Shown: positions 47,049 through 56,551, numbered from the stretch's first letter. The stretch is 64,000 bases of DNA from Lachnospiraceae bacterium (GCA_036343235.1 JAZASQ010000002.1:559-64558); one strand, 5' to 3'. Numbers and translations are program-made. Notes: generated from the sequence alone by a model not told the origin.

Positions 47049-48896
47049 TCACTGGGCTTCCCGGGCTCTCTGGAGATTGATCATCTCCCTCTTCCGGAGA
47101 CGGGGATCCAGCTGGCGCTTCCGGATCCGCAGGTTCTCAGGCGTGACCTCAAGGAGTTCGTCGTTTTCAATGAAGTCAAGGGCCTGCTCCAGGGACATCT
47201 TCTTGGGAGGGGTCAGAATCAGGGCCTCATCCGAAGACGATGTACGGGTGTTCGTCAGGTGCTTCTTCTTGCAGACATTGATCTCAATGTCCTCAGCCTT
47301 GCCGGACTGGCCGACCACCATGCCGCTGTAGACCTTTTCGCCGGGTCCGATGAAAAGAGTACCCCGGTCCTGAGCAGCAAAAAGGCCGTAGGTTACGGAC
47401 TCACCTGTCTCGAAGGCAATAAGGGACCCCTGGCGGCGGTAGGCGATGTCGCCCTTGTAGGGCTCATAGCCGTCGAAAATCGTATTGATGATGCCGTTGC
47501 CCTTGGTATCGGTCATGAAGTCGCCCCTGTAACCGATGAGGCCGCGGGAAGGGATACGGAACTCCAGTCTCGTGTAGCCGCCGGTGATGGAGCCCATGTT
47601 CAGGAGCTCGCCCTTACGGGTGCCGAGTTTTTGTATAACAACTCCGGTAAACTCATCGGGAACGTCGATATAGGCCCGCTCGATGGGCTCGAGCTTTTTC
47701 CCGTTCTCATCATACTTGTAGAGAACCTCGGCCTTGGATACCGCGAATTCATAGCCTTCACGGCGCATGGTCTCAATCAGAACAGACAGGTGCAGCTCGC
47801 CGCGGCCGGAGACCTTGAAGCAGTCGGGGGATTCCGTCTCCTCCACCCGGAGAGAAACGTCGGTATTGAGTTCCTTATAAAGCCGGTCACGAATGTGGCG
47901 GGAAGTGACCCACTTTCCCTCCTGGCCGGCGAAGGGGGAGTCATTGACCATGAAGTTCATGGCAATAGTGGGCTCCTCAATCTTCTGGAAGGGAATGGCC
48001 TCGACCTTCTCAGGACCGCAAAGGGTATCTCCTATGTGGAGGTCCGCAATACCGGAAATGGCCACAATATCGCCGAAGGAAGCCTCTTCAACGTCCACTC
48101 TCTGAAGGCCGTTGAACTCGTACAGCTTCGTAACCCGCACCTTTTCGTTCACGGACTCGTCGTGGTGATTGACGACGACAGCGTCCTGGTTCAACTTCAG
48201 GGTTCCGTTTGAAATCTTTCCGATACCGATTCGGCCGACATATTCATTGTAATCGATAGTGGAAATCAGCATCTGGGCAGGTGCATCGGGGTCTCCCGTG
48301 GGGGCGGGGATGTGGTCGACGATAGCGTCGAAGAGAGGCGTCATGTCCTTCTTCTCATCATCAAGTTCCTTGACGGCATAGCCTTCCTTAGCCGAAGCAA
48401 AAATGAAGGGGGAGTCGAGCTGATCTTCGCTGGCGTCGAGGTCCATAAATAGCTCCAGCACCTCATCGATGACCTCCGTAGGCCGGGCCTCAGGCCGATC
48501 AATCTTATTAATGCAGCATACAATAGGAAGGTTCAGGGCCAGGGCCTTCATCAGAACGAACTTGGTCTGGGGCATAACGCCTTCAAATGCATCGACCACA
48601 AGGACACAGCCGTCCACCATCTTCAGAACCCGCTCGACCTCACCGCCGAAGTCCGCATGACCGGGGGTGTCGACGATATTGATCTTGATACCGTTATAAT
48701 TCACGGCCGTATTTTTGGAAAGGATGGTAATGCCGCGCTCCCGTTCGATGGCCCCGGAGTCCATGACCCGCTCCGCAACGGCCTGGTTGTCCCGAAAGAC
48801 ACCGGACTGGCGCAGGAGGTTGTCCACAAGCGTCGTCTTGCCGTGGTCGACATGGGCTATAATCGCGACGTTCCGGATATCCTCTCTGGTCTGCAT
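47049..48896 (-). CDS. typA: Translational GTPase TypA/BipA
   Basis: [31 protein letters not shown] and NKID motifs. 615 aa. Confidence 0.93.
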   Translation of the reverse strand: MQTREDIRNVAIIAHVDHGKTTLVDNLLRQSGVFRDNQAVAERVMDSGAIERERGITILSKNTAVNYNGIKINIVDTPGHADFGGEVERVLKMVDGCVLVVDAFEGVMPQTKFVLMKALALNLPIVCCINKIDRPEARPTEVIDEVLELFMDLDASEDQLDSPFIFASAKEGYAVKELDDEKKDMTPLFDAIVDHIPAPTGDPDAPAQMLISTIDYNEYVGRIGIGKISNGTLKLNQDAVVVNHHDESVNEKVRVTKLYEFNGLQRVDVEEASFGDIVAISGIADLHIGDTLCGPEKVEAIPFQKIEEPTIAMNFMVNDSPFAGQEGKWVTSRHIRDRLYKELNTDVSLRVEETESPDCFKVSGRGELHLSVLIETMRREGYEFAVSKAEVLYKYDENGKKLEPIERAYIDVPDEFTGVVIQKLGTRKGELLNMGSITGGYTRLEFRIPSRGLIGYRGDFMTDTKGNGIINTIFDGYEPYKGDIAYRRQGSLIAFETGESVTYGLFAAQDRGTLFIGPGEKVYSGMVVGQSGKAEDIEINVCKKKHLTNTRTSSSDEALILTPPKKMSLEQALDFIENDELLEVTPENLRIRKRQLDPRLRKREMINLQRAREAQ

Positions 48897-49185
48897 AATT
48901 CTCTACCTTCCTTTTGTTAATAATGTAAATCACCAGCGTCCCTGTAAAACAAAGGTCTTCACAGGATTGCCGGGTATGTATGAATTCGAACTGCAAAAAT
49001 CGCAGCCTTTTTATTATATCGATTTTTTACATTATTTATATGGAAAAAATCACAAAACCGGCCCCGCAGCGGTTGCCCATAAATGTGCAATTTTGAAGGT
49101 CTACAGCATAATTGTAAAATGGGACTGCCTGTGCTACTATATCGAAGATTAGGCGGGTTTTACGCTTTTTAAGGAGACGTCTGAA

Positions 49186-49674
49186 ATGGAAAAATCCACG
49201 ATCCGCGCCTACTACGGTACCGGCGCGGGCAAGTCTTCGGCTGCCCTCGGCTATGCCCTCAGGGGTGCCAGTGAAGGCAGACTCGTATATATCATCCAGT
49301 TCATGAAGGCAGAGATGAATGATGACTACCTGAGGAAACTGGAGCCGGAAATCAAGGTCTTCCGCTTCGAGCGGACGAAGGACTCTTTCGAGGACCTGCC
49401 GGCGGACAAGCGGGACGAGGAAATCCAGAATATGAAGAACGGCCTCAATTTCGCCAGAAAGGTCATTTCAACGGGTGAAACGGACCTCCTGATCCTGGAC
49501 GAGGTCTTGGGCCTCATAGACGAAAATATCATCTCCGATGCAGAACTTGCCGGGGTTCTCTCCCCCACCGTCCTGCACACGGATATAATACTGACCGGAA
49601 CGAATATCACGCCCGCCATCGAAAAAAAGGCGGACTTCGTATACCGTATTACCGAAGAGAAGGGAGACCACTGA
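49186..49674 (+). CDS. CobA/CobO/BtuR-family P-loop protein (cob(I)yrinic acid a,c-diamide adenosyltransferase-like, short)
   Basis: GTGAGKSSAALGYALRGASEGRLVYIIQFMK and LLILDEV match the CobA family. The C-terminal portion is shorter than I expect for the family. Its stop overlaps the dapA ATG (ATGA). Confidence 0.55.
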   Translation: MEKSTIRAYYGTGAGKSSAALGYALRGASEGRLVYIIQFMKAEMNDDYLRKLEPEIKVFRFERTKDSFEDLPADKRDEEIQNMKNGLNFARKVISTGETDLLILDEVLGLIDENIISDAELAGVLSPTVLHTDIILTGTNITPAIEKKADFVYRITEEKGDH

Positions 49675-50558
49675 TGGCAGTTTTCAAAGGGGCCGGGGTT
49701 GCGCTGATTACCCCCATGAAAGAGGATGCAACCGTCAATTACGACAAACTGGAAGAGCTGATTGAAGAGCAGATTGCAGGCGGCACGGATGCCATTATCA
49801 TCGTCGGCACCACCGGAGAAGGCTCCACACTTTCCATGGAGGAGCACCGGCACACGATCAAGATGGCCGTGGAATTCACGAAGGGCCGCATTCCGGTCGT
49901 AGCCGGAACCGGCAGCAACTGCACGGAGACCGCCATCCAGCTGACCCAGGAGGCCGAGGAGGACGGGGCCGATGCGGCACTGATTGTCACACCCTATTAT
50001 AACAAAGCCACTCAGGCCGGCCTCATCCGCCACTACGGCATGATTGCCGATGCAACGAAGCTCCCCATAATCATGTACAATGTTCCCGGCCGGACAGGCA
50101 CGAATATCGCCCCCGAAACCGTGGCCGAGCTCGTGAAGACGAAGGCGAACATCGTCGGCGTCAAGGATGCCACGGCAAATATGGCTCAGACCTCGAAGAC
50201 CATGTATCTGACCGACGGCAAGTGCGACCTCTACTCCGGTGAAGACGGTCTCGTCGTTCCGATTATGTCGGTCGGCGGCATCGGGGTCATCTCCGTCGTT
50301 TCGAATATCATGCCGAAGGAAATGCACGACATGTGTGCTCTCTTCTTCGAAGGGAAGGTCAAGGAGGCAAACGAAATCCAGCGCCGCCTGATTCCAATGG
50401 TGGAAGCCCTCTTCTGTGAGGTCAACCCCGTTCCCGTCAAATGCATGATGAATATGATGGGAAAGAAGGTCGGACCCCTTCGCGCTCCCCTCTTTGACCT
50501 CACACCCGAGGACGAAAAGCGCTGCCGGCAGGCACTCATCGATTACCACCTCATCTGA
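49674..50558 (+). CDS. dapA: 4-hydroxy-tetrahydrodipicolinate synthase
   Basis: FKGAGVALITPM...GTTGEGSTLS...TPYYNK...YNVPGRTG, a typical DapA sequence. Confidence 0.92.
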   Translation: MAVFKGAGVALITPMKEDATVNYDKLEELIEEQIAGGTDAIIIVGTTGEGSTLSMEEHRHTIKMAVEFTKGRIPVVAGTGSNCTETAIQLTQEAEEDGADAALIVTPYYNKATQAGLIRHYGMIADATKLPIIMYNVPGRTGTNIAPETVAELVKTKANIVGVKDATANMAQTSKTMYLTDGKCDLYSGEDGLVVPIMSVGGIGVISVVSNIMPKEMHDMCALFFEGKVKEANEIQRRLIPMVEALFCEVNPVPVKCMMNMMGKKVGPLRAPLFDLTPEDEKRCRQALIDYHLI

Positions 50559-50645
50559 ATATAAATAAAGCCCCTGCTTCTCCAATCAACATGACACAGC
50601 ACGGGCTTTTTTAATAAGGAATTCCGCAGAACAGGAGATTACCGT

Positions 50646-51410
50646 ATGACAAATATTATCATAAATGGCGTCAACGGCCACATGGGGCACGTCCTCGTGG
50701 GCCTTGCCGACAAGGACCCCGAGCTCACAGTCGTCGCCGGCGTCGACCCCTACGGGACGAATGACTACAGTTTTCCGGTTTTTGAAAATCTCCGGGCATG
50801 CAACGTCGACTGCGACGTTGTAGTGGACTTTTCTTCCCCCAAAGCCGTAGATTCCATCCTGCAGGAATGCGAAGACCGGTCCCTGCCCATCGTCCTCTGC
50901 ACAACGGGTCTTTCCGACGAGCAGCTTTCCCATGTGAAGAAGGCCTCCCGCAAGGTGGCTGTCCTCCGCTCCGCGAATATGTCGCTCGGCATCAATACCC
51001 TGATCAATGTCCTTAAGAGCTTCTCTTCCATCTTCACTGATGCCGGCTTTGACGTCGAAATCGTGGAAGCCCACCACAATCAGAAAGTGGACGCCCCCTC
51101 AGGCACGGCACTGGCTCTGGCGGATGCCGTCAAAGAAGGCGCCGGGCAGGACTATGAATACGTATATGAACGCCAGTCGAAGCGGCAGAAGCGGGACGCA
51201 AAAGAGCTCGGCATCTCCTCCATCCGGGGCGGCAACGTGGCCGGCACCCACGAGGTCATGTTCTTGGGTGAGGACGAGCAGATTGTCTTCCGCCACGAGG
51301 CGACGTCAAAGACCGTCTTCGCCAAAGGCGCCCTCGAAGCCGCAAAGTTTTTAAAGTCCCAGGCTCCCGGCATGTACGACATGCAGGATGTGATCAAAGC
51401 CCGGGTCTGA
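50646..51410 (+). CDS. dapB: 4-hydroxy-tetrahydrodipicolinate reductase
   Basis: GVNGHMGH N-terminus and the motif EAHHNQKVDAPSGTAL. Confidence 0.92.
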   Translation: MTNIIINGVNGHMGHVLVGLADKDPELTVVAGVDPYGTNDYSFPVFENLRACNVDCDVVVDFSSPKAVDSILQECEDRSLPIVLCTTGLSDEQLSHVKKASRKVAVLRSANMSLGINTLINVLKSFSSIFTDAGFDVEIVEAHHNQKVDAPSGTALALADAVKEGAGQDYEYVYERQSKRQKRDAKELGISSIRGGNVAGTHEVMFLGEDEQIVFRHEATSKTVFAKGALEAAKFLKSQAPGMYDMQDVIKARV

Positions 51411-51465
51411 ACCCCACAGCGAATAAAAGGATTACGCCCTTCTTTCCGATTCATCTATACTGTAA

Positions 51466-51497
51466 AAATCCCCTGTGCCGGCCGGCACAGGGGATTT
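51466..51497. terminator. Bidirectional terminator (perfect 32-bp palindrome) between dapB and the cytidylate kinase-like gene
   Basis: AAATCCCCTGTGCCGG|CCGGCACAGGGGATTT. Confidence 0.75.
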
Positions 51498-51514
51498 CAT
51501 TATTCTCATACAAT

Positions 51515-52117
51515 TCACTCGGGGAAGGACTTCGCCGTCTCGACGATGGTCTTCACGCAGAGGTCCTCGCCCAGTTTCCCGGAATCCAGGGAAAGGTCGT
51601 AGTTGGGATAGTCGCCCCAGGTCTGGTCCGTGTAATACTTGTAGTAGGTCCGCCGCTGCTTGTCCTTTTTGATGATCCGCTTCTTCACGTCCACATTCTG
51701 GATTTCCCCGTAGCGGTTCAAAATACGGGCAATCCGGTGCTCCATGTCCGCGTGAATCAGGACAGAGAGGTGGCGCAGTTCAGCCTCCTTCAAAATGAAG
51801 TCGGAACAGCGTCCCACAATGACACAGGGCCCCTTCCTGGCGCACTCGATGATGACCTTCTGCTGAATCAGAAATATTTCGTCCTGGGGACTCTGGAAGT
51901 ACTGGGCGCTGGCAGATGAGATATCAAACCACCACTGGTCTCCGGTCGAATCCTCGCTCTTCCGCTCCACTATTTCCTTGGCATAGCCCGATTCCTTGGC
52001 CACCCGGTTCACAATTTCCGAATCATAGAAGGGAATGCCCAATTCCTCAGCCACCTTCGATGCAATGGAATGCCCGCCGGACCCGAACTCTCTCGATATC
52101 GAAATGACAGGTATCAT
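51515..52117 (-). CDS. Cytidylate kinase-like family protein
   Basis: The start is set at MIPVISISREFGSGGHSIA with SD AAGGAGG. It has a P-loop-like NMP-kinase fold pattern. Confidence 0.65.
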   Translation of the reverse strand: MIPVISISREFGSGGHSIASKVAEELGIPFYDSEIVNRVAKESGYAKEIVERKSEDSTGDQWWFDISSASAQYFQSPQDEIFLIQQKVIIECARKGPCVIVGRCSDFILKEAELRHLSVLIHADMEHRIARILNRYGEIQNVDVKKRIIKKDKQRRTYYKYYTDQTWGDYPNYDLSLDSGKLGEDLCVKTIVETAKSFPE

Positions 52118-52221
52118 TGACTTGCCTCCTTCATGACTAATGTAAACCGTCGGCTCACCTGCAGGAATTGGGCGGATCCGCTCACTGCACCTTTCCCGGC
52201 CGGTTCTACTTTTCTTTAATT

Positions 52222-52941
52222 CTAGCACTTCCGCGAAAGTGTTTGAAGAATTTTCTCCGTGGTCTCCCTATTTAAGGCCCTTTCTTCTGCGCTTTCCCTT
52301 CTCGAATCCCCGCAGATATCCGCACCTAGCACATCATAATCTTTCATGCCTTCGAGGTATCCTATGAGCTCCGCAAGAGTGAGATTTCCCTGGTCCCAAT
52401 CCGTTGCTGCAAAATCCGTTGACAGAACATCTTTATCTATGGAAATATAAAGCGGTTCCCCATTCGAAACCTGCTCTCCCGCCGACAGCAGCTTTACCCT
52501 GCCAAAAAAAGCCTCTGCTGCCGGATCCCGGATACATTCTTCCATCAGTTCCCTTTTCACACCGACCATATACACATGCTGCAGGAGAGGCAGTTCCTGC
52601 AAAGAATCCAGCACCCAGCTTCCGCAGGAAAGCAGGGGAAAAGCAGGCGCCTCCATGTCCGGATGCCGGTCAAAAAGCAGCAGGGAAAAAGGCCGGCCAA
52701 TGGTCTCGAGAAAGAACTTCGAAATATAATGATAATTCCCGCTGCCGAAGAGATGAACCCCGGAAAAAGGAGGCTTCCCGGTTCTTACTGCACAGGAAGT
52801 AATTTCCTTTCGAATAGCTTCCGCTGCCTCAGCACTGCAATAGCCGTTGACTCCGGAAAGGCCGGTGAGAGCTGCCCGGTTTGCCCTGCCATCCATCTCA
52901 CCATACTGACCGTCAATATCCAAAATCAAAGAAAGTTTCAT
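52222..52941 (-). CDS. Arginase/ureohydrolase-fold-like protein with non-canonical metal-ligand motifs
   Basis: The segments FGSGNYHY, LLFDRHPDM and ISIDKDVLS...TDWDQG align by eye to the GGDHS, DAHxD and SxDxDxxDP motifs of the arginase family. Confidence 0.4.
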   Translation of the reverse strand: MKLSLILDIDGQYGEMDGRANRAALTGLSGVNGYCSAEAAEAIRKEITSCAVRTGKPPFSGVHLFGSGNYHYISKFFLETIGRPFSLLLFDRHPDMEAPAFPLLSCGSWVLDSLQELPLLQHVYMVGVKRELMEECIRDPAAEAFFGRVKLLSAGEQVSNGEPLYISIDKDVLSTDFAATDWDQGNLTLAELIGYLEGMKDYDVLGADICGDSRRESAEERALNRETTEKILQTLSRKC

Positions 52942-52955
52942 ATATTTGGGGATTT

Positions 52956-55595
52956 TTATTTCAGCACTTCCTGCGCATACCTTACTGAGGCCATTGCGTC
53001 TTTGCCGTAGAAGTCCGCGTGGATCATCTTTGCGTACTCCTCATTCATGACGGCTCCGCCGACCATGATCTTCACATCAGGAGCCGCGGCGTGGAGCTGC
53101 TTGATTGTCTCTTCCATAGCCGGTACGGTCGTGGTCATCAGGGCGGAAAGTCCGACCAGCTTTGCCCCGGTTTCCTGCACAGCCTTAACCACCGTCTCCG
53201 GAGACACATCTTTACCAAGGTCCGTCACTGCAAAACCATAGTTTTCCAAAATTACTTTTACGATATTTTTCCCGATGTCATGTACATCGCCTTTGACAGT
53301 GGCAATCACGATTTTTTTACCCGGAGCAGGTTTGACCGGAGATTTGGCCATCTCGTCCTTTATGACTCCGAAGGCCGCCTGGGCCGCCTCCGCCGCCATC
53401 AGAAGATTCGGCAAAAATAATGTCTTCTTTTCGAATCCGTCCCCTACCACATTCAGGGCCGGGATAACCGCCTGATTCACAAGGTCGAGGGGAGCCGCTC
53501 CATTTGTAATAAGTGCCTGGGCCTCTGTCCGGGCCCGGTCCTTGAGGCCCTTTTCTATTGCGTCCTGCAGGCCGGAAAATTGTGCACCGGAAGTTCCCGC
53601 TGTTCCGGCATTCCCGGGCGCAGAACCAGTCGTCGCAGCCTCTTTTCCGGCATTTGTTTTTCCTGCAGCGGAAGTCACCAGACCACCTGCTGCAGCGTTC
53701 CAGGCCCCGGTTCCGGTCACACCGGCTACAACACCGGCTACCGAAGGTGCAATTGCAGAACCGCCGGCCACCGCCAATACCGCATTTGCGGCTGCGCTGG
53801 CTGCGGCATTGGCTGCCTGTGTCGCAAAAGCCGATATATCGGCCTGCTGCTGCTTCTCCTCCGCCTTTGCCGCATAGGAAATATATTCCATGCACATGGA
53901 ATCATGTCCCGCCAGGGCATTGTAGGTGTGGTAGGCCCCCATCATCTCCTCGGAGAAGGGATTCATGATTGCCGCGGAAAGCCCGTTTGCCATAGCCATG
54001 GTGAAGAAGGTTCCGTTCAGGGCAGGCCGGCCGGGAAGCCCGAAAGAAACATTCGAAACCCCGAGGGAAGTCAACACCCCAAGCTCGTCTGTAATGCGGC
54101 GAACAGCCTCCAGGGTCACCCGCCCGGACTGGTCGTCCGCGGAAACCGTCATGGCCAGCGGGTCTATAATAATATTTTTCTTTTCGATTCCGAACTCCGC
54201 CGCTCTTTCCACTATTTTTTTGGCAATGGCCACCCTCTTTTCCGCCGTCTGAGGCACGCCATCCTCATCTATGGTAAGCCCGACCACAAGGCCGCCGTAC
54301 TTTTTCGCCAGGGGAAAGACCCTGTCCTGAATTTCCCGCTTCCCGTTCACGGAGTTGATCATGGGCTTGCCGTTATAAAGCCGCAGGGCCCGTTCCATGG
54401 CATTGGCATCCCCCGTATCAATCTGCAGGGGAAGGTCGCAGAGAGACTGAAGTTCCGAGACCACGGTCTGCATCATTTCCGGCTCGTCGATTTCCGGCAG
54501 ACCCACATTGACGTCGAGGACGTCTGCCCCGGCCTTCTGCTGCCTCAGGCCTTCTTCCAATATATAGTTGATATCTTTTTCAACAAGAGCCTGCTTGAAC
54601 CTTTTCTTTCCTGTCGGGTTGATGCGTTCCCCGATGAGAACAGTCTTGTCCCTGAATGTAACCGCATGAGTAAAGGATGAAACCATGGTGAGGTTCTTCT
54701 CTCCGGGAAGAGCGTAAGGCAGGCCCTTCGTAGCAGCAATCTCCTTCTCGATATACTCCGGCGTCGTCCCGCAGCAGCCGCCAAGCACAGTAGCACCTGC
54801 TTCTGCAATCTGCCTCATATAATCAGCAAACTCGTCCGGTCCTACATCATAGATGGTTCGTCCGTCAACTACCTTGGGCAGACCGGCGTTGGGATTTACA
54901 ACGATGGGGGTGGAAGAAACCTTTGCGAAACGGGGAACGATATCCAGCATCTGAGCCGGCCCCAGGGAACAGTTCATGCCGAGGGCGTCGACCCCCAGGC
55001 CCTCCAACATGGCCACCATGGCTTCGGGCGAGGCTCCTGTCATCAGCTTGCCGTTTTCGTCGTAGACATTCGTCACGAAGACCGGCAGGTCGCAGGACTC
55101 CTTTGCTGCCAGTACAGCTGCTTTGGTCTCCAGTGAATCGTTCATGGTCTCAATGAGAATCATGTCCGGTCGAAATTTGGTATCAGCTGAAAGTCCCGCT
55201 TCAATCTCCTCCTTGAACAGGGCAATGGCGTCTTCGTAAGGGTAGTCGCCGAGGGGCTCGATCATGCGGCCCGAGGGGCCGATATCAAGCGCCATATAGA
55301 CGTCGTCCCGGCCGCAGGCCTCCAGGGCGTCCGAGGCATTCTTCACCGCTGCCTGAATGATTTCACGCACATTCGGGAATTTCAGGCTGTTGGCCCCGAA
55401 GGTATTCGTGTCGATAATATTGGCCCCTGCTGCGAGATAGCCTGCATGCAGGGCGACTACCTTTTCCGGATGAGACAGGTTCCAGATCTCTGGTGACTCT
55501 CCCGGTGCGAGCCCCTGGGCCTGCAGCACGGTCCCGGTTCCGCCATCGAAGTAGAGACGTTTTTCTTTCAGTAAAGCTAATATATCTTTCTTCAT
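52956..55595 (-). CDS. metH: Methionine synthase core (Hcy-binding, pterin-binding and B12-binding modules; no activation domain)
   Basis: The start is set at MKKDIL with SD GGAGGAG. It has a homocysteine S-methyltransferase N-terminus (GGCCGTTPEYI). The pterin-binding barrel follows. The B12 motif is DVHDIGKN. An Ala/Gly-rich linker of about 100 aa precedes the B12 cap. Confidence 0.88.
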   Translation of the reverse strand: MKKDILALLKEKRLYFDGGTGTVLQAQGLAPGESPEIWNLSHPEKVVALHAGYLAAGANIIDTNTFGANSLKFPNVREIIQAAVKNASDALEACGRDDVYMALDIGPSGRMIEPLGDYPYEDAIALFKEEIEAGLSADTKFRPDMILIETMNDSLETKAAVLAAKESCDLPVFVTNVYDENGKLMTGASPEAMVAMLEGLGVDALGMNCSLGPAQMLDIVPRFAKVSSTPIVVNPNAGLPKVVDGRTIYDVGPDEFADYMRQIAEAGATVLGGCCGTTPEYIEKEIAATKGLPYALPGEKNLTMVSSFTHAVTFRDKTVLIGERINPTGKKRFKQALVEKDINYILEEGLRQQKAGADVLDVNVGLPEIDEPEMMQTVVSELQSLCDLPLQIDTGDANAMERALRLYNGKPMINSVNGKREIQDRVFPLAKKYGGLVVGLTIDEDGVPQTAEKRVAIAKKIVERAAEFGIEKKNIIIDPLAMTVSADDQSGRVTLEAVRRITDELGVLTSLGVSNVSFGLPGRPALNGTFFTMAMANGLSAAIMNPFSEEMMGAYHTYNALAGHDSMCMEYISYAAKAEEKQQQADISAFATQAANAAASAAANAVLAVAGGSAIAPSVAGVVAGVTGTGAWNAAAGGLVTSAAGKTNAGKEAATTGSAPGNAGTAGTSGAQFSGLQDAIEKGLKDRARTEAQALITNGAAPLDLVNQAVIPALNVVGDGFEKKTLFLPNLLMAAEAAQAAFGVIKDEMAKSPVKPAPGKKIVIATVKGDVHDIGKNIVKVILENYGFAVTDLGKDVSPETVVKAVQETGAKLVGLSALMTTTVPAMEETIKQLHAAAPDVKIMVGGAVMNEEYAKMIHADFYGKDAMASVRYAQEVLK

Positions 55596-55638
55596 GACTC
55601 CTCCATCTTTGGAATACGGAGAAAATAGCTGTCTTCTC

Positions 55639-55914
55639 GCAAACGGCATCCCCTATGCAGACGGCCGGGAGCAATCCCGCCCTGCCTGCCGCAAACGGCA
55701 TCCCCTATGCAGACGGCCGGGGGAAATCCCGTCCTGCCTGCCACAAACGGCATCCCCTATGCAGACGGCCGAGGGCAATCCCACCCTGCCTGCCACAAAC
55801 GGCATCCCCTATGCAGACGGCCGAGGGCAATCCCGCCTTGCCTGCCGCAAACGGCATCCCCTATGCAGACGGCCGAGGGCAATCCCGCCCTGCCTGCCGC
55901 AAACGGCATCCCCC
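55639..55914. repeat. 52-bp tandem repeat, 5 full copies plus a 16-bp partial copy
   Basis: Units start at 55639, 55691, 55743, 55795, 55847 and 55899. The consensus is GCAAACGGCATCCCCTATGCAGACGGCCGAGGGCAATCCCGCCCTGCCTGCC, with 0-4 substitutions per unit. Confidence 0.95.
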
Positions 55915-55915
55915 A

Positions 55916-56551
55916 TCAGTACAGCGTCCGGGCTGCCCCCGCTTCCCGGGGAATTCCGACAATAGCAGTGACGGACTTCATCGGCGCCATCATGCCGCCG
56001 GCCGTGATGGAGAGGCCGATTTTCCGCTGGGTATCCAGAATACGGAGAAAGTCCGGCTGGCAGGAGATGGAAAGTTCACTGTATCCGGGCGAAAAACGCT
56101 GGCAGAGGGGGTATCCGATCAGATCAGCCAGGCAGGCATCTACGGCGTCGCAAGCGGCTTCCGCCGCCGCTCCGCCGGCCGCATCCGTCAGAACGTTGTC
56201 CACAGGGGAGGCAACCGCCGCCCGCCGGATTTCCCGGTCCACGGAAGGGCCGGTCGTGGCCGCAAAGAGAAAGACCTCGTCACAGGGGGCTTCGAGCTCC
56301 GCCAAAGGCCTGCTCACGAGGTGCATGCCGAGCACATCAATGAAATCATCTCCCCTGCCCGTAATTGCAGTCCTAAGGTAGCAGGCCCGGGGCGTAAAGA
56401 CTTCATGCATGCGTTCCGCAATATCTTTTGCACGCGCTGCGTATTCCGGCAGAGGAGACGAAACCCGGTATCCGGCGAAGAGGAGGACATCCTTCACGGG
56501 AATCACAATATCATTTTTGTCGAGAAGCAGTGTTTCTACAGTTTCCATCAA
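55916..56551 (-). CDS. Stand-alone methionine synthase activation (AdoMet-binding/reactivation) domain protein
   Basis: 211 aa resembling the C-terminal Met_synt_B12 activation module of MetH (RFSPGYSELSI...MMAPMKSVTAIVG). Confidence 0.75.
   Translation of the reverse strand: MMETVETLLLDKNDIVIPVKDVLLFAGYRVSSPLPEYAARAKDIAERMHEVFTPRACYLRTAITGRGDDFIDVLGMHLVSRPLAELEAPCDEVFLFAATTGPSVDREIRRAAVASPVDNVLTDAAGGAAAEAACDAVDACLADLIGYPLCQRFSPGYSELSISCQPDFLRILDTQRKIGLSITAGGMMAPMKSVTAIVGIPREAGAARTLY

Noticed and set aside
48897-49185. Lysine (L-box) or cobalamin riboswitch upstream of the CobA-like/dapA operon.
   Set aside because: The leader downstream of the TTGAAG-16-TAAAAT promoter is only about 60 nt. 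It lacks the conserved L-box or B12-box sequences.
49326-50585. 419-aa minus-strand ORF.
   Set aside because: It is antisense to the CobA-like gene and dapA. It is a shadow ORF.
55639-55914. Possible CRISPR array.
   Set aside because: The units are directly contiguous with no unique spacers. No cas genes or leader lie in the window, and the unit length and structure are unlike CRISPR repeats.
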